Of a stretch of DNA of 64,000 bases, positions 45,914-59,886 are shown in pieces (position 1 is the stretch's first letter; each line of letters starts with the position of its first letter). The stretch spans positions 124,001 to 188,000 of the forward strand of contig JBDOQK010000025.1 of NCBI GenBank assembly GCA_040437565.1, read 5' to 3'. The position numbers and the translations under genes were made by a program. The DNA is from Albugo candida. Its lineage: Eukaryota. The notes below the pieces were generated by a model, which worked only from the letters and a program-made list of their open reading frames with translations, made no database searches and was not told the origin of the DNA.

Positions 45914-47883
45914 ATGACGTCCATTGATCTGATTCTGTCTGCTTCTTATGTCGTGCCGGTGGTCCCACGAGGTGCTATCTACACCGATTATAGTGTCGTC
46001 ATTGTAAAAGGTCGTATTATCGACATCATGCCAACGTCAAATGTCCTGGAGAAGTACTCACCAACACAGCATGTTGAGCTGCCCAATCATATCCTCCTTC
46101 CCGGCTTGATCAATAGCCATAGTCACGCGGCTTTGAATTTACTTCGTGGCATATCGGATGATAAAATTCTTCACAGCTGGCTTACGGAAGATATCTGGCC
46201 GACTGAAGCCAAGTTTGTTGGTCGTGAGTTCCTAGAAACCGGTGTGGAGCACGCTATCGCCGAAATGCTTAGAGGTGGAACGACATGTTTCAACGATATG
46301 TACTACCTCGACAATACTGCTGAAGTTGTCAAAAAGTGTCATATGCGTGCGATGTTAGGGCATCCCGTCCTGGAATTTGGTTCAGCGTACGGCTCTAATG
46401 CTCGTGAGTATCTGGATACTGCGATTCGCTCGTTGGAAGCTGCTAAGGCAAGCGGAAAACAAGATCTTGTACAGTACTCAATCGCTCCGCACGCGCCGTA
46501 TACAGTCTCAGACGCCTCATTTGACGAGGTGAATGCAATTTCCAACCGATATCAAGTGCCAATACATTTGCATTTGCATGAAACCAAAGCTGAATGTGAC
46601 GATAGCGAATGCCTCAACAAATCAATGTCTTGTCATCAGAGTCTGGAGAAGCTCCGTCCATTAGCGAATTTGGCCCGATTGGGCCTTTTGTCTCGTCGAT
46701 TGATCGCGGTTCACATGACAGAACTCACGGAGCTCGAAATCGATCAAATTACAGCGGCAGAAGTAAATGTGGTTCATTGTCCTACTTCCAACATGAAACT
46801 GGCATCGGGAATCTGCCCGGTCGAAACACTGCTCGAAAAAGGAGTCAATGTCGCATTGGGGACCGATAGTGCAGCAAGTAACAACACATTGGATATGTTT
46901 GCGGAAATGAAGCTGGCCGCGATGTTGGCAAAAGTCAATTCGAGAAACTGTACGAGTGTACCCGCGCCAACCGCCTTGGAAATGGCGACAATCAATGGTG
47001 CCAAAGCGCTAGGAATGGAACAAGAAATTGGCTCTATCGAAGTTGGAAAGTCTGCTGATTTGATTGCAATCACATTTGACTCGATCGAGATGCTTCCAAT
47101 GTACAATCCGATCGGCCACATCGCTTATGTGGCCGGGCGCGAACAGTATGTGACCGCTTCTTTTCTATACTTTACGTAGAATCGCTGATTTNNNNNNNNN
47201 NNNNNNNNNNNNNNNNNNNNNNNNNNNNNNNNNNNNNNNNNNNNNNNNNNNNNNNNNNNNNNNNNNNNNNNNNNNNNNNNNNNNNNNNNNNAATGTGGTT
47301 CATTGTCCTACTTCCAACATGAAACTGGCATCGGGAATCTGCCCGGTCGAAACACTGCTCGAAAAAGGAGTCAATGTCGCATTGGGGACCGATAGTGCAG
47401 CAAGTAACAACACATTGGATATGTTTGCGGAAATGAAGCTGGCCGCGATGTTGGCAAAAGTCAATTCGAGAAACTGTACGAGTGTACCCGCGCCAACCGC
47501 CTTGGAAATGGCGACAATCAATGGTGCCAAAGCGCTAGGAATGGAACAAGAAATTGGCTCTATCGAAGTTGGAAAGTCTGCTGATTTGATTGCAATCACA
47601 TTTGACTCGATCGAGATGCTTCCAATGTACAATCCGATCGGCCACATCGCTTATGTGGCCGGGCGCGAACAGTATGTGACCGCTTCTTTTCTATACTTTA
47701 CGTAGAATCGCTGATTTTCTAATGCGTTGCAGTGTGACCGACGTTTGGATCCAAGGAAGACGCATGCTTCAAGACCGTGTCTTAGCCACAATCGATGAAG
47801 CACAACTTAAAAGCAAAGTATTACGTTGGCAAGAGAAGATCATGCATCATCATGAGCTTCTAAAGGAGCAGCGTTTGAATTAA
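45914..47883 (+). CDS. TRZ/ATZ-family amidohydrolase, MTA/SAH deaminase (MtaD)-like; span includes gap duplication
   Basis: PGLINSHSH, APHAPYTVSD, HLHET, HCPTSNMKLASG, GTDSAASNNTLDM, GSIEVGKSAD; last exon VTDVWIQGRR ends TAA 47881-47883. Confidence 0.87.
46766..47717. repeat. 426-nt direct duplication flanking gap (46766-47191 = 47292-47717)
   Basis: Same sequence either side of the gap inside the amidohydrolase gene. Confidence 0.9.
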
Positions 47884-47907
47884 TGCATAAAGAAGAAACA
47901 ATACCAT

Positions 47908-49111
47908 TTACACTTTTTGATCTTTCAGAAGCGAAATAAATGTCTCGACCGCAAAAAGACTGGCGTCTTCGGTCAGCACAACATCAAAATGCTCGAGATA
48001 TGCGTCCAGCCGCTCAGTGGTCTGCGTGTTGTGAAATCCAATGCGTATGATCTCATCTTCTTCATACTCAAGTCCATGTGCCATTCTCACGTCGCTGATT
48101 GAGTCGCCAAGTAGCAGAATATTGTGACGCTTTTCCATTTTGATCTGCTTGTGAAAATCTGTTCCGACAATGACGCTGGCATTCTTGTTGAGGCAGTGAA
48201 TCAACTACAGAGAGTATGCGCGATGTAATCGATGGCGGGGATTATGTTTTCGTTCTTACTTTGTCCTGGAAGCCCACGAGACGACCTGAAGGATCAAATC
48301 GCATGAGGTTCGATACAATATGAACATTCTTGGGCACTGATCGGTTCCAGGACGCGTATTCCTTTGACAACAGTTCGCGTATCACGTCACTCAAGCCAGC
48401 GGAAAAGATCAGAGTTGGCACAGCATTCCGCTCTAGCAATGTAAACAGCTCATGAAATCCTGGTCGGAATAGAACGGATGAATCTGTGACGGCTTCCACC
48501 AAAAGGCTTTTAGTAAGCCCATTTTCGACAAAGTTTTGATGCTCCATATTCCACCTGAATCGAAATCAAATCAATAATCGGATGAAGCTGATACTTTGCA
48601 GATTCACCATTCAATCATATGAGGCAGCTTCTCTTCATCTGTGAGGGTCGTGGACTGCTCAATGGGATAGAATTGCTGAAACAATGCTCGACCTCGTGAC
48701 GTCATCGCCTCATTGATTGAGCCTCCAGCCGAGAGAATCCCATGAGACGTATCGGCTTGCTCGCCTACAAATCGATCAGTCTTTTTGTATGAGCTCAAAT
48801 ATATCCTCTCCACCTGAATTTTTGTGGTACGTCGTCAATGTGTAGTCGAAGTCTGCAATGACCACAAGATGGTCGATACCGTCAGCTGCAAATTTCTTCC
48901 ATTTTCGCGCAAAAGAATCTGATTACGAAATGTGAGATTCTGTGGAGAAATGGCCGCTAAACGAACCGGAATCCCGAACAATCATTTTGGAACGAGGTCG
49001 TAGATGCCGCGATTCGGATTCGCAAGAAAGCGACGCAGACAGCATCGTGATCGCTGCGGCTGGCCACGCCGCTGCTACCTTTCCGGTCAAAAATCTGATA
49101 GTAAACACCAT
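47908..49111 (-). CDS. NT5C3: Cytosolic 5'-nucleotidase III (pyrimidine/m7GMP nucleotidase, UMPH-1 HAD family)
   Basis: VIADFDYTLT, FYPIE...KLPHMIEW, IFSAGL, HIVSN, LLLGDSISD, IGF; several short introns; start uncertain. Confidence 0.87.
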
Positions 49112-49337
49112 TAACGACACGAAAATGGAATCGTCGAATCAGATGAATCAGAAATAGATCGTGATTAAATGATTCAATTGCATTACATCGACGCATTCTA
49201 CGTTCAATCAAAGCCACAACGTTGGTGAAAATACCAAATTATGGTCTAAATCCGACGTGTGCGCTGGTCTCTCGCATATCTGTTGACAGACAGATTTTGA
49301 CAAGCAAAGACTTGGCCAAAGAAATCGTAGTGCTCCT

Positions 49338-49352
49338 CTCATTCCGCTTTCC
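49338..49352 (+). promoter_or_regulatory. Putative oomycete initiator (INR/FPR-like) core promoter element
   Basis: CTCATTCCGCTTTCC about 40 nt upstream of the TKL kinase ATG, matching the YCATTYY initiator pattern. Confidence 0.45.
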
Positions 49353-49391
49353 GCTATCGCTTCACTTTACAGCAACAAAAGTGTTTGAAAT

Positions 49392-50615
49392 ATGAGAGTC
49401 GGAAGAGGAAGCGAAGAGGATTTCTTCAGATTATGCGGATCGCCCATTCACGCGCTTGAAGCATCCAGCTTTGCATCCAGCGCATTAGAATCCAAGCGAA
49501 GAGCTCTCACACCAGAAATGCATTCCGGCGATAAAGGGCCTCGCTACCACGATCCCATTATGACAAAATGCGAAGATCACGTGCTGCAAAGACATTTGTG
49601 CAAGTTGAGTATGGAATATCAAGGTCTCCAGCGCTCATGGTTCTTTTCGAACTGGTTCGCATCGAGCACAGCACACGAAAGCATCGATTCTCCCCAGCAT
49701 TTCTTGCTCGAGTCGGCTCGTGACTCCAATTCGCAGCGATACCACATCAACATCAACGATATCGTTCTCGAAACAATAATTGGCGAAGGAGCTTTCGGGA
49801 AGGTGTACAAAGGTCTCTACAAGCAGCAGACGGTCGCTGTGAAGATAATGATCCGTCAAAATCTCTCCTCCATGGTCATACGAGAATTCGAGAAAGAAGT
49901 CGACATCATGAGCCGCTTACAGCACCCAAACATCTGTCGACTCGTTGGTGCTTGTTTGAAGCCGTCTACGCGAGCACTAGTGCTTGAATACATCGAACTG
50001 GGATCGCTTTGGGACTACTTACGAGCGAATCGAGCTATCAGCATCCAACAACGTGCGCAATTCTTGCTGGATACCGCACGTGGAATGCACTATTTGCATC
50101 AGTTCCGTCCGCCGATTCTCCATCGCGATCTGAAATCACCCAATCTGCTGGTGGAAAAACAGTCACTAACCATCAAAATCGCCGATTTCGGACTTGCTCG
50201 AGTCAAAGAGCAGATACATACGATGACCGGCAACTGCGGAACGACACAATGGATGGCGTACGTTGTTTCTTCTCCTCTCTGTTACCGTTCTGATGTGTGC
50301 GTTGATAGACCCGAAGTCTTGGGAAATCGCAAATACACCGAAAAAGCTGACGTTTACTCCTTTGGAATTGTTGTTTGGGAGATATTCACATCGCGATGTC
50401 CTTATGACGACATGAACCAAATTCAGACCGCATTATGCGTGCTGAATTACGATCTTCGTCCGCCAATACCAAGTAAATGCCCACGTTTTTTTTCTCGTTT
50501 GATGCGAACGTGCTGGCGACGTGATCCCGAATTACGTCCTTCTTTTTACCGAATTGTCAAAACGTTAGAAGGCAAACTCTATAAATCGCATTCTCCGCGC
50601 CATTTTGTTTCCTAA
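49392..50615 (+). CDS. TKL-group protein kinase (CTR1/EDR1/MLK-like)
   Basis: GEGAFGKV, VAVK, HRDLKSPN, DFG, GTTQWMA|PE with in-frame intron 50258-50308, DVYSFG. Confidence 0.92.
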   Translation: MRVGRGSEEDFFRLCGSPIHALEASSFASSALESKRRALTPEMHSGDKGPRYHDPIMTKCEDHVLQRHLCKLSMEYQGLQRSWFFSNWFASSTAHESIDSPQHFLLESARDSNSQRYHININDIVLETIIGEGAFGKVYKGLYKQQTVAVKIMIRQNLSSMVIREFEKEVDIMSRLQHPNICRLVGACLKPSTRALVLEYIELGSLWDYLRANRAISIQQRAQFLLDTARGMHYLHQFRPPILHRDLKSPNLLVEKQSLTIKIADFGLARVKEQIHTMTGNCGTTQWMAYVVSSPLCYRSDVCVDRPEVLGNRKYTEKADVYSFGIVVWEIFTSRCPYDDMNQIQTALCVLNYDLRPPIPSKCPRFFSRLMRTCWRRDPELRPSFYRIVKTLEGKLYKSHSPRHFVS

Positions 50616-50868
50616 TACAATCCTTTTTTCTACTTGTTGATCCCTTTTATTTGTCGACCATAAAGACGTAAAAACCGCGTGTGAAGCGTTCTTATTTGCT
50701 AATTACAAACATTACTTGCAAGCAACGCGATGGAACTGCGTGTGTGACGCCGAGTGTGCAGCGATTGAAAAAACACATGAATAGAGAGATGGCATTGATT
50801 GAGCCTCACCGAGACATCATTTCATAAAAGCATTCATCGCTCGCCTTTAGCGCATTACAAAATCTAGT

Positions 50869-51930
50869 ATGACCTCTTGGGAAGTTCGCGTCCAGAACGT
50901 CATCAACCAGATTCCGGGCATTTCGCCTGGTCTTTGGGAAAATCCATCGCGAGATGAAAGTATGTATACTCGATCATATGGACCAACTCGGCGGATCAAT
51001 GAACGTCGAGCAATATCGGGAATGAATGCGTCGTATTCATCGGATAGAAATTTTACGCCCCACCGCAGCCTGAAGAAAGCTGGAAGTAGCTCGGATATAG
51101 CCTCTATGCAAGATAATGATGGAGCGGAAATCAAACGTCTTCGAGCTATGCTGCTGGATCGAGATCGAGAGAATTGTGAGCTTTACATGCAGTTATCCAC
51201 CTACAAAAAAATACTTCATCAGTTTACGCATCGTCACCAAGCGAAATCAAGTAGAACGATTCACCAACAACGTAGACGGGAAGGATTCATGGCAAATGCT
51301 TTTTCGATTAGGCGACGTCACCAAGAACAAGAACGGATGCTGGAGTTGATGTCTGATGAAATCGAACGATTGAGGATGCAATTGATACTGAGTGAAGCTG
51401 AAAGAGGTCAAGGAATAAGCGATTCGGACTTCACTGAAATGCATGATACCCTGCAAACACAAGATGAGATTTTTGGTGAATTTAGGACCGATGAGCTGAT
51501 GGAGTTGCTCAGTGCAAGCCATTGTTATCCGGATACTTCACCGAATGCGAGTTCGTCCCATTCGAAGAAAAACAATCATTCTAAATCGTTGAGTCGATTC
51601 AGAATCACAAAAAGTGGCTCGGAGCTCTCTAGATCATCGTGGAGGCAAAAGGCGCAAAAGATCAAGCCGAAACGATCGTCTAAATGGTTTTTCGGCGGCG
51701 ACAGCAAATCTTCTCACCATGAAGCTTCGCATTCGCATTCGCATCATGATCCGTCGCTTTGGTGGCATCAATCGCGCAGAGAAAGTAAAGCTGATGCAGG
51801 CAGAAACCAATCTTTCCGCGCTGGTGAGCCAATTCGACGGCTTGACGCGAAACAGTACTCGGAACTTGCATTGTGCATCGATGAAGATGACGATGCGGCT
51901 CTGGAAATGAGAGATTTGCATTTTAAATGA
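50869..51930 (+). CDS. Hypothetical coiled-coil protein
   Basis: 353 aa intronless ORF, helical EIKRLRAML and EIERLRMQL segments; no recognised family. Confidence 0.6.
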   Translation: MTSWEVRVQNVINQIPGISPGLWENPSRDESMYTRSYGPTRRINERRAISGMNASYSSDRNFTPHRSLKKAGSSSDIASMQDNDGAEIKRLRAMLLDRDRENCELYMQLSTYKKILHQFTHRHQAKSSRTIHQQRRREGFMANAFSIRRRHQEQERMLELMSDEIERLRMQLILSEAERGQGISDSDFTEMHDTLQTQDEIFGEFRTDELMELLSASHCYPDTSPNASSSHSKKNNHSKSLSRFRITKSGSELSRSSWRQKAQKIKPKRSSKWFFGGDSKSSHHEASHSHSHHDPSLWWHQSRRESKADAGRNQSFRAGEPIRRLDAKQYSELALCIDEDDDAALEMRDLHFK

Positions 51931-52064
51931 GTAAATCATCAGCCAAGAAAGAGCTCACCCACAACTATCAATGGAAGTAGTTTGTTGCGAGTTGAGCGCC
52001 AAGAAAAAACAAACACAAAAATTCACCTAATTAATAGCACAAACGTAAATGAGAAAAAATTGAG

Positions 52065-52245
52065 CCATTCGCATCGTCTTTTTTCTTATAGAAAATCTGT
52101 CTGCCAACTTTCGAATGGTTGCATTTCGCGAAAAGCGTCGCATCGATACCAAAAAGAAGGCGAGCACGAGCATCGTGATGATCGCGAGGTATAGACAGTG
52201 CGAAAACTGGAAGCCAAACCGGAGATCACCATAAAAGCGTCGGTA
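52065..52245 (-). pseudogene. Decayed paralog of the 3' end of the C2/TM gene at 55410-56454
   Basis: Aligns by eye to ~55420-55625; LLW*SPVWLPVFALSIP vs LLWWSPIWIPVFVLTIP; nonsense codon plus 2-nt and 22-nt deletions. Confidence 0.75.
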
Positions 52246-55200
52246 TGATCCACATGGTGCGTAGACCAGCTTTACACACTCAATGTGTGCACGCGTGATG
52301 TTCAATATATAAAGCGGCTGTGTGGAAGCTGCAGCGAGAAGAAGCTAACAGGTACGACCAAGTTTAGAATCGAAATGGCTGATGTAATGAACGAAGTGGC
52401 GAAACAGTGCGACGATAGGTTCTGCTGTGAAGTACTTGGATAGGAGATTGAGAATGTAAGCTTGAATGCATGCGTAAGCGAACGAATCTCTTTTCTCTAT
52501 GACTTTGAGCGTTATGTAATGTACCACCACCGAAAAATCGTTCAGAGTAATTGAGAGATGACATCATGCCTTATGACTGCATGATCTACTTGCATCGCTA
52601 ACACACTTATGCGACTTGTGCAATTAAGAAGTACTCGTCCGTCGCAGCGTTTACATATAGTGATACATACATACCAGGATTCCCCGGAGTAAATGCGACG
52701 CAACATTCAAGTAGAACGTTTGCTCTCAAGTAAAAGATTTTCTTACACTGGTCGCTGAGTGACATTTATCCAATTGATTGGAAACAATGTCACAAGATAG
52801 CATTGAACCCGCATGGATACCGCTACCGTTTGCTTACTAGAACTGTGGGGGGTACTTTCGGATCCTTCTAGTCTTGATTCAAACACGACAACTTGGTGGT
52901 AGCCTATTCAGAACTCTACGTTTGCTTGTTAGTAATTCACGTTCCAGTCAAGTTCTCAACGACCTGCGATTCTCGCTCAATATGTTGGCGTGGTCCGATG
53001 TGCTGACTCGGCGCAATGGATTTTTGTCAATCATCGAATGACTAAATATCACTTGGATGATTGGTCTTGATTTCTTGACAGTGTTAGCATAGGAAAAGGT
53101 ATCACTGCTCAAGTAAGAATGGCTATGTTACTGAATGTTGTAGCTATCTGCTCTCAATCTTTGTAGCGTATTCCTCGACTCAAAACACAGGCAGCACGTT
53201 GAGAGACTTTGAAGGCAATCATCTGGATGTTTGGATGGATAGAGGTCCAATTAGTTATGTTTGTGTAAACATCCAAAGATTTGAGTTGCTTTGACTCGAC
53301 ACGTGAAGAAGTAGTTTTGCACATTTTGCAAATACGCAGGAGATTTGATCAACATGTGCACCAAATCTCGGCTGCTGTCACATGAGCGCAATCCTACCTT
53401 TTCATCCGTCGAACTAAAACAAAGTGATTGAAATCGTAAGTCGATACATCTTGCCCTATTCAAATTATCTGACACCATCGAGTCGTTGGTAAGTCGCAAA
53501 GTCTGAGTGGAAAGCCATTCTCAAAAAGCATCAATTACAGCGAAAAAAAAGCTACGTGATCGACATCAGTACGCTATGGCGTGGAGCGCGCGTATACGAT
53601 GCCAAACTCGCTTTTTTGATCGAAGTATCCTTAGATTGTAACTATTCTACTTGTGTTTGGGATTGAAGTAGACAAAGTCACCAGCTCTTCTTTATCTTCT
53701 TATCCACATTCGATGATGGTTCGCTCGTCAATTTCGTACTCTTATCATCAATGTGTAGTGTTGGAATATCCGATTCCGTCTTAGATCCTCCTTACTACAG
53801 ACAGTAACTGGCTGGCCAAGCAACAAGCTCTATTCATACATAATGAAGCGTCAAGCGTTTGTCGTCTATGATGCCCATTCGAGCATGTGACCAAAGTCTC
53901 AATGCTTTTGCAGCCAAAAATGAAGCATTCCAATATTAAAGTGGCGCACTGTCTAACGTTTTATTACGTGCATATCCTTTCCACGAACCCGGCTACAAGA
54001 GCACAATTATTATAGCAATATATTCTCAAACAATTGTCACGATCTTTATTTCTTCATGAGACTCGTGAGTCGTCGTCAGTGTCAATACCCAATTCTACTC
54101 AAAGCCAGGAGCACTATATGTGTCCGCTTTCACATCTTCGCCATCTTCTATTAGCATTTCACACACACGTTATGCCTAAAAAGAGCGCAGAAAGCGGATA
54201 TCTCAATTCAGTTCTCTTTTTGGAACAAGAGTCCGCAGTATTCAGCATCGGTCAGGCTTGGCTGCACACGCATCCAAACATACTTCTCCTCCAGTGAAAC
54301 TGAGAATACATCATGGTACAGTGCGAGACATGCAAGGCACGTGGCATCCGCATTTGTGTATGTTGCTACCATCAGACTTGGAAGAGTAAAACGCGACCAG
54401 GGAGGTCAATTACCAACCGGTTGTAGGCGGTAGTTGGCTCTTTCCCGTATCACACAATAATGTATGATGGGTCAGAGCGATTCTTATTGCCGACTACTTT
54501 CCGAGATTGCATAAACAACAAAGTTATTCAAAACGTCGTCAGGTGGAAGAAAATCGTGCAGTGTAAAAGATAGGCTTATCGCAAGAGGTGTCGTTGTCAA
54601 AAGAGAGTTTTTCATTAAGAATATGCGAAATAGACGAACATATGCTTCGAATGCATCTCTTATACGAAAAACCCGCTGATGCACTGCAGAGAATCTACAC
54701 ATAACTCGGTCCGAAAACAACTTCCGCGATAAAAATCGCGAAGAAATAGCATGTGTGAGATGCATGTTTATTCATCTGCTTTAAACAGGAAGACGCAATT
54801 TGTGAGAGGAATCATGGTATCCTGCCAAAGCCGTGAGATGCAAGGACGACGCCTGGTTGAATTGAATCAAGGCATACAAAATGCATCGTACACTCTAGTG
54901 TCGATGAAACGATCAGCAAAGTAGATGTGCGCGACTAAATTGAACCTTTTGAGAAGTCGAAGTCGGTGTTTTCTCGCTGAGTCACGAGTGAGATAGACGA
55001 AATTGAATGTCAAATCGAATCAGTTGTTTCAGCGTTGCGTCCCATTCATACTCGCAGCTTGGAAGAAATCGACTGAGAAGTGATTGCCATTGCCAAAGCT
55101 AATACCACAGGATGTTGAAAGCATTTCTGAAGTACCATACTGTTAAGAAAACAAAAACATTAGTGTATGCGACCAAGCATGTTTGATGAAACAATGTTAA

Positions 55201-55409
55201 TTGAAAAGTGGCCGATGAAAACCAATGTGGCATTGAATTCAGAAACTTACATTTCCTATCAACCAGGCAAAGAATAAAGAGAAAAGCGGCTCACCCACAA
55301 CCATTCATGAAAGTTGTCTTCTTGCGAGCTGAAGTTGAGAAAAAATACAAGAACGATTCACCTTGTCCTTGGTTAAGAGCACAAAACGTATACGAAGAAG
55401 ACAATGAAG

Positions 55410-56454
55410 TCATGTATTTGCATACGCATCATTCAATTCTGTGTAAAATATCTGTCTGCCAAATTTCGAGTGCTTGCATTTCGCAAAAAGAGTCGCAGCG
55501 ATACGACGTACCGGATGAGATGTCACCAAAAAAAAGCCGATCACGAACATCATGGTAATCACGAGAGGTATGGTGAGTACGAAAACGGGTATCCAAATTG
55601 GTGACCACCACAAAAGTGTGATGAATGTTGGTATCATCCATATCGGCAATGCGACAATTGCAAGTAAACCCAACACGACAACAGCGATCGAAAGCAAGCC
55701 AAATCCCAATCCCCCAAGAAATCCGCCTAAAAGTTCAATCCATTCGCGATTTGCGTCAGTAAAATCCCGATTTTCTTTGTTTGAGAGAATTCGATTCATC
55801 CAGTAGTACATAAGAGGCGACGAGTACTTCATATACATCGTAGTGCCTCTATACCCAAGCCGAACGAACGCCTTGCTCATAATCAAGCAGGCAGCAAGCA
55901 CGTGATCACGTGCAAGAAGGAATTTGGACAATTGCTTTAAAGCTTTGAAAGGTCCTCGTAAAGGAGGTGTGCACCATACATCAAGGGTGAGATCTCCAAA
56001 GCTGTCTTGAAGGTCTTCTGGTCCACGCAGTTGCACTGTGAATTCCTTTGGCACTAACACATAGATGTTAAATTAGGTTCTGACAGATGCGTGGTACATA
56101 CATTCAGGTCGTGTCATGATAATGTTTGACACTTCAATTGAGCTTCGTCCGATGATTTCATCCAGATACCAATTTGCGTATAATTCAATGTAAAGAATGT
56201 CTTTCGCCGATTCTAAACGGTCAATGTATAATTCTACGATATTTCCTTCGCTTTGGTCCCATTCAAATTCTAAATTGCGTTCATTCGCGCCAGTTGTCAC
56301 ATTCCACACGCCTCCCAGTCGCAACAAAGCTGCAGAGCAAGGTAGCTTGCATGAGTGGCATGTAGTGAGAAGCAAAGCACCGACCGACTGGATGTACGCA
56401 TTTGGATTCGACTTTTGGCGACAATTCCGCGCGCTTTACATTTGCGCAAAGCAT
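55410..56454 (-). CDS. C2-like domain protein with long hydrophobic C-terminal TM region
   Basis: Spliced MLCANVKRAEL...ALLRLGG...FEW...LYIELY...DEIIGRSSIEV (C2-like), then hydrophobic segments LLGGFLGGLGFGLL...; start and family uncertain. Confidence 0.6.
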
Positions 56455-56545
56455 CCTTTATTAGAGCTCGTTTAATCACAGACGGTTTGAACTGTTGCGT
56501 ACGACAGTTGGATGTCTGCTGACAATAGTCACTTGTCCACTTTTG

Positions 56546-57472
56546 TCATTTGGACGGATCAATTTGATTTTGTGCGTGTGGTAGTTTTTCGATCGGTGTG
56601 GGCGTGGGGACATTGCTAAAGTACGGATGAGCCAACGCTTCAGCGGCAGTGGGTCGCTCGTTGGGATTCAGCTTTAATAGCTTTCCTAACAAATCTAAGG
56701 CATCCTCCGAAGCGGCGGTAAAGATAGAAGATAACGGTGGTGGTTTCGTATTCTTCGTGAACTCGATATAATTGGGAAGTACGCTCATACCAGGCCAATT
56801 TTCTTCCGAAGGAGTGCCAATTGCGTGGAAGATCTTCCCTAGCTGATCAACTTCATTTATTCCTGTTAAGTACGGGACTCGAAGCATGAGTTCGGCAAAA
56901 ATGCACCCAGTGCCCCAAATGTCGACGTAGTGGCCGTACTCGGACGCACCAAATAAAAGCTCTGGAGGTCGGTACCATATTGTACACACCATCGAAGTCA
57001 TGTTTCGGTTGGGACTCCCGTATACTCTAGCCAATCCGAAATCTCCAATCTTGACTTGACCATCCTCACCGATTAAAAGATTCTCGGGTTTCAGATCGCG
57101 ATGTAGCACATAGTGTGAGTGACAATACGTCAGTCCCTCAAGCAACATTTTCATGTATGCTTTGATGTCGGCGGGAGTCAAAACGATTGATTTTTCTTTA
57201 ATGACACGTTCCAGGTTGTATGGAAGTAACTCAAACACTAAATTGATAGTGTCGTTAGCAATAAATACGTCTAGTAGCTCTACGACATTCGGGTGCTTGA
57301 GTTCAGCCTGTAATTTGACCTCTCGCAATGCAGTAAAGTCCACACCGTCTTTGAATTTGCCTCGCTTGAATTGCTTGATGGCAACTCTGCGTGACGTTGA
57401 CTTTTGGATCGCAGCGTGTACTATACCGAATGTACCCTCACCAAGCACTTTGCCGAGTTGATAACGTTCCAT
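56546..57472 (-). CDS. CDK7: Cyclin-dependent kinase 7 (CAK/TFIIH kinase)
   Basis: GEGTFG, DGVDFTALREVKL, HRDLKPEN, DFGLARVYGSPNRNMT, WYRPPELLFG; ATG at 57472. Confidence 0.9.
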   Translation of the reverse strand: MERYQLGKVLGEGTFGIVHAAIQKSTSRRVAIKQFKRGKFKDGVDFTALREVKLQAELKHPNVVELLDVFIANDTINLVFELLPYNLERVIKEKSIVLTPADIKAYMKMLLEGLTYCHSHYVLHRDLKPENLLIGEDGQVKIGDFGLARVYGSPNRNMTSMVCTIWYRPPELLFGASEYGHYVDIWGTGCIFAELMLRVPYLTGINEVDQLGKIFHAIGTPSEENWPGMSVLPNYIEFTKNTKPPPLSSIFTAASEDALDLLGKLLKLNPNERPTAAEALAHPYFSNVPTPTPIEKLPHAQNQIDPSK

Positions 57473-57694
57473 GGGCTTTGGGAGATTCGACGGATGGAGC
57501 GTGAAGATAGAGACGTTTCCAGAAATTTCGTTTAGTGTGTCTTTTACTTGCAATTTATCGCAGAAAGATATTATATTTGCAAGACTAGGGAGGCTAATTG
57601 AGTGGTGTAAATTACTTTCACCGTCTGTAATTTACAGATTCAAGTTTTCAAAAACTGCCATTTTCACCTTCTCAGACCTACTGTAAAAATTTCA

Positions 57695-59695
<2,001 letters not shown>

Positions 59696-59886
59696 GATTG
59701 ACTTACTTGAGTAGGGTACACAGTCGTAACCTTTCATTATGTAATTAGGTTACCGAGTTGCATTGTACCTCTAACTTTAAATGATTCCCTAATCGCTACT
59801 AATCGATATGATACCCTGTTGCGACTTGTATTGGAAGCAACACGGTGGGATCGCTCTCGTTGGATTGTCGAGTTTATTGAGATCCA

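Noticed and set aside
47295..47705. Separate small amidohydrolase ORF
   Set aside because: Gap duplicate; continues into the true last exon of the same gene
54308..54375. PHD-finger-like fragment (IMVQCETC...WHPHLC with a frameshift)
   Set aside because: Too short, needs a frameshift and has no supporting context; may be chance
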